DNA of 64,000 nucleotides from Callorhinchus milii (Eukaryota): assembly GCF_018977255.1 (NCBI RefSeq), contig NW_024704842.1, forward strand, positions 1-64,000. The letters are read 5' to 3'. A program made the position numbers and the translations under genes. Position 1 is the stretch's first letter; each line of letters starts with the position of its first letter. Below are positions 51,203 to 63,200 of this stretch, piece after piece. The notes beneath the pieces were generated by a model, which was not told where the DNA came from, made no database searches, and saw only the letters and a list, made by a program, of their open reading frames with translations.

Positions 51203-54200
51203 CTGTAATTGCAAAGGGTAACGCATGTCAAATAATGATTAGTATTGGTTGTGTATTGCTGTGGTTATATTAACAATAATTCTCCCTTTCATAGCATAAT
51301 TACCGTTTCATTACAAAGGGCTACCCAAACCCATTACAAAGGGCTACCCAAACCCTTTCCCATTATTACCACCATGCATGGACGTGCGTTCAGCCACATC
51401 GGTACGCTATTTGTAAATACATCCGTTTCCATCTGATTTAGCTCTCGCTCCCACCCTCACATCACAAGACCCATTATTTCAACCGTGTCTAGTATTATTA
51501 TTGTTATTCTGTGTAACAAACATTGCACTCAAGTGTAGTGACTGCTTTTTTAAGGAAATGCGGCAGCCCATTGCACACAAGTGGGTAACAAAAGCGGACA
51601 TGAAGTGACTGATCCATTTTATTTTGGGGATTGTTGGCCAGGATTCTCCCTTCTCCCTTCTCTTTTCGAATGCTGCTGCAGGAACTGTAATGTCCACATG
51701 ATCAGAAAAACAGGACCACGTTTCAACTTTCTCACTGTGCGTACAGGCTGAAGAACTTGGGAACAAAGACTTGGAAACAAGAGTTGGGTACTGCACTGGA
51801 TATTGACAGTAATTATCTCAATCCAAAAGGATCATTGTCGACAGCCTTTAAACATCGATATTATCAAGTACTCAAAGTTAAGGATAAAACTCATTGCCAA
51901 TTTGGCTAACATAAACAACGACATGTCTTTCTAACTCAGATCCATGGTGCTGTCTAATCTGTCCCAACAATAAATGACTTGATAAAGACTGAATGACTGT
52001 TTGGTAGCTTTGTTGTCAGGTCCCCATCTGCACTCATTGACACGCAGAATATCAATACACAGTCGTTATATACTTTCCTGTCTCCTTCTTTTCGCCCACA
52101 AATATACAGTAAATTCACTTGACAGCATATTCTGTGAAGCGCTTTGGGACTTCGAGAAGACGGGAAAAGCGATATATCAAATGCAAGGTTTATTAATATT
52201 ATTATTTATTCCCAATAACTTTAAGCCATATTCACTGATATTATTGGCCACTTACCTTTCTTATATTCACTGATTCCCAGTAGTAACACAATTATCATTA
52301 ACGCAGCGACAATCCCCGCAGCGAGTCCTGTAATGTGCTTCCAGGTCCAATTTGCTAGAGAGGGAAATGACCAGAGTAATTTGTCGACTTTGAAGAGCAA
52401 ATATGCGGGGAAAACACATTATTTTAAAGGCATCGCTGAGATCTCATCTCCTCCTGATTTGAAAGCGCAAAAGAAGGAAATCTTTTCTCTTTTGCAATGA
52501 AAATTGCCGAGTTTCCCCTCGTCTGTCTTCAAGAGAAAACTTCTCGACCCCTGATCCTGGGAAGGTTGAGCTAAGTAGGGCCTCTTCTGGTGCTGCGCAA
52601 GTGAATAGCCAAGCTGCGGAAGATTGGAATCGAGGCCACACTTCATGGTGTTCCCCATTCCTCTCCATGAGCCAGGCATGTCCCAGTATTCCAGGGAACT
52701 GCGGATAACAAAGCAGTCCAGCCTGGCTCATCGTCATCAAGTTGAGGAGCAGATCGGCCACTGGGAGCCGGATTATTTCTACGTTGGCTTTAAAAATACA
52801 AGTCAGCGTGAGCATCTTGTTCGTATGCTGCGGGACAACAACAACAACAACAACAACAAGATTCCATTTATAGAGCGCCTTTCACGTCAGGAGGACGTCC
52901 CAAGGCGCTGCACAGTTGGGTCATGACCCGAGCAGGGGGGAAATGGTCAGGGTGAGGGGAGGGAAGGGAGGGAGAGAGGAGGGGGAATGGTCAGGGTGAG
53001 GGGAGGGAAGGGAGGGAGCGAGGAGGAGGAAGAGAGTCGAGAGGGGAGCTGAAGGCACGGTCAAAGAGAAAGGTTTTGAGACCGGCCTTGAAGGAGGAAA
53101 GGGAGGAAGCAAGGCGAAGGCACTGGGGGATGGAGTTCCAGAGCCTCGGGGCTGAGAGGCTGAAGGCCCGACCACCGATAGTAGGGCGGTTGGGGCGGGG
53201 GACGTGGAGCAGACCGGAGCCAGAGGAACGGAGGGTACGGGCAGGTAGGTAGGGGGATAGTAGGTTGGAGAGGTAGGAGGGAGCAAGGCCGTAAATGGCC
53301 TTGTAGGTGAGAATGAGGATCTTGAAATCTTCTTGACAAGAAGGGATAGTCTACACGATCTTGGTCAATGTGTGAGGTAGTCGGGTAAGTAACAGCTGTT
53401 GTGCAAGAGCAAGATCTGGGGTCCGCCCAAACTTGTCGCACGGCAAAACCATCGCGAAGTAACGGATATCAGGTCAGCAGCGGCGCTTTCCTCTGGTGAT
53501 AGGAGAGAGAGTTTACAGCCCAGATATGCTGTGCAGGGAAGGCTCGGGAGTTTGGGTTTGGAAACTGTTTTATCGCGGGGATTGTTGCAGCCTGGGTCAA
53601 GCAATCCAACTGAGAGCAGGAGATAACGTGGACTTATGATCGATGATATAAAGATTGACTAGAAAAGAAGCTCCTGTAAAAGGTCAGAAGACAAGTAGAT
53701 TCCTGTGTGAGATTATACCCAAATCTTACCGCGCACAGTGATTCCCACTCGCTCGCTCGCTATTGATGTAAACACTCCTCCGTCTATTTGTGTAGTATAT
53801 TTACACGTGTAGTTTGCTGCACTGATCTCCGATAGGATGAATGTTGCCGTGTTCTTATTCTCTTGAGCTGCTTGTGATATGATAAACGCATCATCTCTGT
53901 ACAGAGAGAAATTGCTGCCAGGATAATTCCCAGAACATGAGATCTCAGCGCTTTCCCCTCTCACAAACACCCGGGAATCTGGCTTCAGCGAAATTTTGGC
54001 TTTCTGGCGCGGATCTGGAATTAAAACACAGTGAAGACCATCTCACAAACATTCGCTCTGTGAATAGACACGGTTCAGGCAATAGCATAAAGGACCATTT
54101 GCTTCTTCCCAGCGTGGTGAAGGTGTCTGGAAGAGTTGAAGATTTTGAGTGGCAGTTTAAGGGCAAATTCCAGCAAGTGTTTCTTTACACAGAGGCAGGG

Positions 54201-57200
54201 GGCACAAGGGCTGACAGCGGAGTGGCCACGGAGGGCAGTGAGGCCGGGCAACTAAGTAACAGCTCCAGCATGAGACGGGAGAGAATTTAATCTGGACAGC
54301 TCGTGTGATTTTCAGCCGTGTTTTAAACAACAGCGTAGGATGTCAACCAACGGATCAAACTTAATCCTGGAGCATCGACTTCACACAGAGGGAAGTGGCA
54401 TTGTGGAACTCGCTAACTGAAGCAAGGATTAAATCACACAGTCTAGATACATTCCAGACCTAATCACACCTCCACATGATGAGAGGAACATAAGGGATTT
54501 TGAAGGCAGTGGGTGTGTGCGATGCAATGAGCGACAGGGGAGTAGGAGGCTTTGGAAGGTATCTGGAGTTTGGGGGGCGTAAAAGACGTTGTGGGAGTAA
54601 CATAGTTTGTGGAAGGCAATGAGTTTGTGCGAGGGAATCAGGGTTTGGGAGCGAGGGTGGAAAAGAGGTTGAGGGAGGCAGCGAATGTGAGGAAGTTTGT
54701 GTGTTGTTGGAAGTGAGGGAGTCAATTTGATGGAGGAAGGGAGCAATGCAGAAAATCTCGTGTAAAGAGGGTGTAAAATAAGATACCTGTTTGGGGAGGA
54801 CAATTATCCAGGGCTGTAGCGAGAGAGTTGGGGATTGGGATTTAATTGGTTAGCTGCTTCAGAAGAGCTGGCATAGGGACGATTGAGAAAATTTGCTCTC
54901 AAAAAACTCTCAACTGACCTTCACACGTATTTAAATAACAGGATACGATCACATTCAGGGGATCAAACAGAAAATGTAGGAGCGACGACTTCACGCAGTG
55001 GAGTGAGATGGTGGGAATGACTGACTGAAGCGGGATTGGAATCAGACAGTATAAACACATTCAAGAGGCAGCAAGACATTCATAGAAGGGAGAGGAGATT
55101 AAAAGGTGTGGGAGGGAGTGAGGCTGTGGGAGAGATTCAGTGTTTGGGAGGAATAGAGGGTGGGGATGGAAGGAATAGAATGTACGTGCGGATGAGGAAT
55201 AGAAGTAATGAAGGGTTGTGGAATAGGAAGTGTGAAATGAATTAAGGGGGAAAGTGAGGAATTGAAGGAGACTTGTGTCATTGAGCGTTTGGTACATGTG
55301 TTAGGATGGGTTGGGTTGCGGGATGGGGGACAGTGGTAGTTGGAGGGTGGATCTGTGATCAAGGCTACTATAAACCAACGGCAACGAACGGCCATTTAAC
55401 AGATTCGTGAGAGAAACACAAACAGGTTATTATGTAAAATCTTACTCAGATCTTACCCCACAAATAGATTCCCACTCGTTCGCTCTCTGGGGATGTGAAC
55501 TTTCGTCCGTCTATATGTGTAGTATATTTACACGTGTAATTTCCTGCACTGAAATCCGATAGGGCGAAATTTGCCGTTTGGATGTTTTCCGGAGCTGTCA
55601 GTGATGTGAAAAACTTGCCGTCTATGTATAAAGAGAATATGCTGCCTGGATAATTCCCAGAACATGAGATCTGAGCGCTTTCCCCTCTCCCAAACATCCG
55701 GGAATCTGACTTCAGGGAAATGGTTGGTTTCTGGAGCGGTTCTGGAATGAAAAGATAATCTCACAAACACTCGCTCCGTGACATGAAGACAGTTCTGTTC
55801 AGAAAAAAACTGTCCAGTTGCTTATTTCTCAGCCTGAAGGAAGCATTACGAAGAGCAGGAGAGGCAAGTGTTAAGCGAAAGGTACAGGACAGGACCGAGC
55901 ATATGTTTCTTTAAACCTAGGGAGGGGTCAACGGATAGGACAGGTGTGGCCATGGAGAGCAGTGAGGCCGTGGTCTGGTGTACTACAAAGCTATAGCCAG
56001 GGACGTGAGACCGGGAATTTAGACAGCAACTCACCTGACCTTCAGAAGTATTTAAATAACAGGATACGATCACATCCAGGGGAACAAACAGAACATTTAG
56101 GTGCAACGACTTCACATTCAGTGGAGTGAGATGGTGGGAATCATTGACTGAAACGGGATTGGTATCAGACAGTATAAACACAATCAAGAGGCAGCAAGAC
56201 TTTCACAGGAGGGAGAGGAGATTAAAAGGTGTGGGAGGGAGTGCGGCTGTGGGAGAGATTCAGTGTTTGGGAGGAATAGAGGGTGGGGATGGAAGGAATA
56301 GAATGTACGTGCGGATGATGAATAGAAATAATGAAGGGTTGTGGAACAGGAAGTGTGAAATGAATTAAGGGGGAAAGTGAGGAATTGAAGTAGACTTGTG
56401 TCATTGAGCGTTTGGTACATGTGTTAGGATGGGTGGGGTTGAAGGATGGGGGACAGTGGTACTTGGAGGGTGGATCTGTGATCAAGGCTACTATAAACCA
56501 GCGGCAACGAACGGCCATTTAACAGATTCGTGAGAGAAACACAAACAGGTTACTATGTAAAATCTTACTCAGATCTTACCCCACAAATAGATTCCCACTC
56601 GTTCGCTCTCTGGGGATGTGAACTTTCGTCCGTCTATATGTGTAGTATATTTACACGTGTAATTTCCTGCACTGAAATCCGATAGGGTGAAATTTGCCGT
56701 TTGGATGTTTTCCGGAGCTGTCAGTGATGTGAAAAACTTGCCGTCTATGTATAAAGAGAATATGCTGCCTGGATAATTCCCAGAACATGAGATCTGAGCG
56801 CTTTCCCCTCTCACAAAGAACGGGGAATCTGCCTTCAGGGAAATGATGGCTTTCTGAAGTGGATCTGAAATTAAAACACAGTAAAGGTAATCTCACAAAC
56901 ACTCACTCTGATCTGATCTGTGACAGTGAACATCAGTGTCGACAATAAGCCCAGCCTCACCCTCTGAGACTGTTTCTCTCTGCGGTTTAATACGAGGCAG
57001 AAATGTGGGTGGTTCCGACTACGTGTCTTGATTTGACGCTGCCATTCTTCCGTATTGAAACATTTTTTGATGTTTGGGTATGTCTTTCTGTGAGCGAAGA
57101 GTCAGTGTTATCTCGGAGTCAGTGTGAGCTCTGGATCAGTGTGAGCTCGGGGACAGTGTGAGCTCGGGGACAGTGTGAGCTCGGGGACAGTGTGAGCTCG

Positions 57201-60200
57201 GGGACAGTGTGAGCTCGGGGACAGTGTGAGCTCGGGGACACTGTAAGCTGGAGTTTCTTATAGCCTTGACTGCCTGTTCAGGTAGTGGTAACAAATCTCA
57301 TGACGATATTCAATAACCGAAGGGATTCTTTTTCTGTTGCCATTGCCAACAATCCCCAAATTAAATTTGATTGGCCCTACACTCCACCCGTATCAATGGC
57401 ACGTTGTTGCAGTTGTGGTCTATACCTGAACAGAATATGCCACCGTCCTGCCCGTGTCCGCAGTCAGGCCGACCAACCACAGACCCCGATCCTTCTCCAA
57501 AGCGAGCCTTACTTGAGACTGATACAGCAAATCCACATCCCAAATAGTTACAAATATATCCTGCCATCTCCATGTTCAGCGTCTCGCCACAAACTGTTCT
57601 CCAAGTGTCATAGTAGTACAGCTCAACTCTCCCCACACACCGGCTGTCTCCATTCACCAGTTTGGGTGGGTTACCTCCTGCCAAGTACATACAATACAAT
57701 ATCCACAGCAACAACTTCAAGCGTATGTGCAATTAACACAATCTGTACCATCACAAACAGCAGACGTGTGACCCTGGGTTAGCAGAGAGGGTGTGACACA
57801 CGTATAGCAGAGGAGGTGGGAACCTGGGAAAGTAGATGCTGTGTGACAATGGGTTAGCCGAGGATGTGTCACATTGGGTTAGGAGGGAAGCTGTGACACT
57901 GGGTAAGCCTGAGAATACATTGGAATATACAGCAGAGAAACATTCGGCCCAACTGGTCTATGACGTTAATCACTCCCTGATTTCACTTTTCTGTTTTTTC
58001 TCCCCGCCCTGTGAATACCTCGCGTTTTAATAGCACCCCACTTGTGCTCAATCCCCTGCGCTCTCTCCCTTTGCTGATCCCCCTTTGGCTCAACACACTT
58101 GTACTCAACAACCTCGTGCTCTTACACAACTTGCTCTTACCCACCTGTCCTCAACCCCACTGTGCCTACCGTTCCTGTTTACACACTCTCTGCTCACCCT
58201 CCTGTGAAAACCGCCCCGTAAACATCCCTTTGATTACCCCGCCCCCGGCGATGGGTGATAACTTCCCTACTCCACAATGTGCGGAATCTCACCTTCTCAT
58301 TCACAATTTACCCACTATGGCCAGTACACTTACTCATATGCTCAACTCCCACGCCCCACCCCCACCCCACCCTGTGCCACTCCTGGTTCTGCCCCCTGTC
58401 TTCTGCCCCAGTGTTCACCAATGCGCTCAACCCATGCTCAAATTAACTTTCTCAAACCGCTGTGATCACTCCCAATGCATCCCGCTCCCCGGTGCTCTGC
58501 ATATACCCCAGTGCTCATACCCTGTGCTCAGCCCCAGAATACTCACCTCCCTCTCTACTCATCGCCTGTACTCACTTTTCTTCCGCTGCTCTCTCCCTCT
58601 GTTCACCCTGCAATACTCTCCCCACACCCCTTTTCTTACACAGCCTGTGCTCTGTCTTCTTGTTTTGAGGCCCCTGTGCACACACCCACCGTTTCTTTCC
58701 CCACACGTGCTCACTCCACTGCTGTGCACTGCGTTCTTGTTCTGAACCCCTGTTGTACTCACCCCCCGTCTGCGCAACCCCTGGTTCTCACCGCCCTGTG
58801 ACCCTCGTGTGCTTTCGACTCTGTGCATTTCCATCTTGTGTTGATCCTCCTGCTTTCCACCATATGCTTCCCACTCATATGACCACTCCGTCATTTAACT
58901 CTCCTATACTTCCCTCTGCCCTATGATTACCTCACGTGTATTCACCACCCGACTTGTGCTCATTCCACTATGCTCTCCGCCTTTGCTTGCCTTCCCTTTT
59001 TCCCTTACCACTTTTACTTAATCCTCCCCTTGGGCTCTTAACTTCTGCACTCTTACCACCGCCTGTGCTCAACGCCACTATGACTGCATCCCCTATTTAG
59101 AAAGACAACGCTCACAATCCCTCTGCGTTACGCCACACCGGGCGCTGCTCCCCACTTGTTGCCACCCACCTGTGCTCGCCATTCGTGCTCTTCACCCAGG
59201 ATTCACCTCCAAGCGCTTCCCCTCTGCTCAACCCATCCTTTTGCTCGCCCTTGTGCTGAATCCCCCTTTTCTTATCCACACTGTGCTCCTCTTACCCTGT
59301 ACAGTTAATTCACTTTACAGTCTATTCTGTGAAGCGTTTTGGGATATCCTTCCAAGCGCATTATAAAATGCAAGGATTATTATTATTATTACTCTTCCCT
59401 CCTGTGCTCACACCAACCCATGTGCATTAACTCTGTGATACGCCCAATGTGCTTAACCCCTAATCTTCCCGATAAGCTCACCAACACATATGCATTCCCC
59501 GGTTACCACCCCTTGTTCTCCACAAATGCTCCACACTCCGTGTGCTCAGTACATCCACTGTCTGCCCTACTGTGCTCAGCCACAATGCGTTCAGATGCTG
59601 AGATCATCATCCCTTGAGCTCACCTTCTCCTCAGGCCTGCTTTGCTCACCATGCTACACGTGCACACCACTGGGCTCGCACCCTGTGCCCCCGTGTGCTC
59701 TCCAGTGAGCTTACCGCATGTACTCCCCACCCTGTGCTAAGCAATCCTGTTCTCCAAACCCTCTGCTCATTCCCCCACTGCGCTCAACGAACCATGCTTA
59801 TTCCACATTTATAGCCCTCTCCTCACCACACAATTTTCTCGGCCCTTTATGCTTACCCCAAACCCAGTGTGCCTTTTCCTCTTGTGCTCAATATTCCCTG
59901 AGCGCAAATCTCTGTGCTATCGCTCCAAGTATTCAACCCTGTAGTTAACCGCTGTCCTACACCACCATTTGCTGACACTCTGCGATCATTGGCGTTGCTC
60001 ACAACCTGGGATGCCCTGCCCTGTGTTCACCCACTGCGCTCACCCACGCTGTGCTTACGCACCATGTACTCCTTTCCAGTTTACGCACTCGCTTGTGCTC
60101 AACCACAGGTCTCAGCGCCCTTTGGCGACCTCCTAACCATCCCCTCGCTCACACTTGCCCTCACCCCAAGCACGAGGTTATTCTAAAAGATAGACTTATT

Positions 60201-63200
60201 TAACTGAGCAAATGACGCCGACATCGTATGTTTTGGATTTGGAAAATTGATCACAGTGCTATGAGCGCAAACACTCCACTCAGGTTTAATGATAAACTAA
60301 CATATTACGGGATACAAACTTTAACAGTGTTTCTCGATCCGTAGTTTGCCGAAAATATGAGGAAAGAAAAATGATTGAAGACTGAAATATTTACCTGAAC
60401 AGATGACGCCGGCATCATAGGAGTGTGGCCAGGAATAGCCAACAGCCCAGGGATGTGACCGACAACCCCTCAGTGTAGACTCACTCCCTCTGCACCGGAC
60501 ACTCCACGTCACAACGGGACCTGAGCCTTCGCCAAAGTGAGCGTCTCCTGATGCTGACAGCGCGGCTCCACAGCCCAACTCCTTACACAACACAGCCGCG
60601 TCCAACATATCCCAACCATAGCCATCCACTGTGCCCCACTGTCCATCGTGGTAAACCTCCACTCTCCCGGCACACGGGCTACCGCCATTCACCAGCCTCA
60701 AACGATCTGCCAAAATGAAATAAAATCTGCCACACAATCACTGTAAGACATCACGCAGAATATTGAGCGTAATCGAACATAATAGTTCACAAGGTGCATG
60801 TCGCATTGCGAGGGTTTCTGGACGGTAAACAATACAACAACAATAATAATCATTATAATGGTTTCAATGACCGTTGGCTACATACAGTCCAAAACCCGGG
60901 TATCAACAATTATATTAACAATTCATTCCGCGGCTACATATACCCGTTGCAGCTGCCTTTGGAACAGAAGGATAGAGCTTTTATATTATTATACTGAATA
61001 TTATATCATTATACTTTATATAAGATTATTATAATTTATATAAAGATAGGAGATTCCCCCAAAATATGGCAGTTGTTTATTGCTTTGTTACAGAACACAT
61101 TAATGCGCATGTGTTACTGAAAGAATAGTGTGTAATTTTCTCTGTCGTCAATTCATTGCGGAATATTATCCACACATCACATTTTGGGGCTTCATTAAAG
61201 TTATTTTAAGTGTAGCATATCAAGGATAAGCATTGCCCTGGAGTACGTCCACGACTCTAAAACAAACAAGATCTTCCCGAAGAGGTAAAATCGTTCTACA
61301 TCAATTATTTATTGCGCTCTCGCAGATACAAAGATGCAGATATTGTTGTTTTATTCTTGCATTAATAGCTCGCTTTTTGTTGTTTGAATATATGTGTGTG
61401 TGTGCTTGGGCGTGTGGGGGAGTCGCGGACGCATACAATGCAGCATCACACACAACACGAGCGAACCCAGGCACAGATACTAGCACAAGCCCAACTCCGG
61501 CCAAAGCAACTCGCCCCGAGGACACAGCCCACACCCACAGTGCCAGAGCACAGCCACACCCCAAGGCACAGACCCCACCGACAGTGCACAGTCGCAACAT
61601 TACAAAACAGAAGACATCCCCTATGGCACAGCAACAGTCCACAGGGAATAATCAAATCCCCAGTGTACACAGACCCCACACAGGGAAGCCCCACCCCAGT
61701 TAAAGGCAGATCCAGACAAAGACCGCTCTCCCTGGTACAAACCCCTCCCAGGTAACAGCAACTACTCCCACCTCCGATAGCTGATTCTCAGGCACATCGG
61801 TGCGCTGCTTCGGCACAGTGCTCTCCTCCCTTGCCTTACCAACCCTCGTTGGCACAGCTTCCCCACTAGGTACAGCGAACTTCAAACCCTGCAGGAACCC
61901 CACACCTGCCCCCCGGTAGAGCCCTCACAGCCAAAACAAACCCAGGGCCCACCGACCACTTCCCACTGAACAGACCATACCACAGGCTCATCTCTTGACC
62001 CACGTCACAAGCCCCACAATGTCACAGCCCCACAGGATCAGCCACCCACCCACGGTACAGAGACGCCTCAGAGGACAGTCCCTCCACAGAGCACCCAACC
62101 CGACACAGCGCGATGGATGGACAGCCGAACTCCAAACGTACAGCACCCTACCAGTCACAGTCCATTCCCAGGGCACAGTCCCCAACTGTCACAACCCCAT
62201 TCCGACACAGGCATCTCCCGGAAACAGCTGCTGCCCCAGAGCACAGCTGCCATCCAAGGTACAGCCTCCCCAACGTGCACAGCCTCCTCCAGGGCAAAAG
62301 CCCTCCACGCCGTTTTGCTCAAACCCCTTGTATCCTTACTCATCCTGTGTACAACAACCCTTTGCTCACCCAACCTGTTTACACACCCATCGGTTTACAC
62401 CTTTGTGTTCCCACCCATACTCACCCCATACTCCCCGCGTATGCACAAACCCCAGGTGCTCCCCGTCTATTCGTAACACCCCCGCGCTCCCCATGTTCTT
62501 TATCCAAAATTTTGCTCGTGATCCACTGTGCTCTTCACTCCGGTTGTCATCCTCTACTTGTGCTCACCATCTATTATTACGCCCTGTGCTAATCATGTGC
62601 GCTCCCTCCCTCTGTTCCTCCCATTCTGATACCTCCATGTGCTCCCCGATGTGCTCAGACCCCTGAGCTCAAAACCTCGGTGCTCAACACCTCTGGCCAA
62701 ATTCTCCCAATATGCTATCCCCAGAAACGCGTCCATTTTACACCCCGTGTTTAACCAAACCAGAGTGATCACCACCTTCCCTGTGCTCATCCACTCCTCT
62801 GCTCAGCTCACGAGACTCACATCTTCGTCCTAAACCCGCTTGTTTTCCTCACGTGCTAAACCCAAATCATTCTCATTCCGTGTGCTTAAACCCCCTTTGC
62901 TCGACACACCTGTTCTCAACGCATGTGTTACCCTTCATGTGCTCAGCCCTTTGTGCTCACTGATACTCAACTCAACCCTCCGTACTCACCCCATTGTGCT
63001 CATCCCCGAAAGTGCTCACACCATTTGCTCACCCCTTGTGCTCCACCCCTGTGATGTCCAATGTGCTTACCGACCCTGTGTTCAACCAAATCCTGTACTC
63101 AAATCCCCGGTGTTTACCTCTACTGTGCTCATTACAAGCCCCGTGGTCACCACCGGGCCCAACGCGCATCCACCGTATGCTAATCCCTCCTCTATGCTCA

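Noticed and set aside
57120-57251. Short direct repeats resembling a CRISPR array
   Set aside because: No unique spacers and the DNA is eukaryotic; this is a minisatellite.
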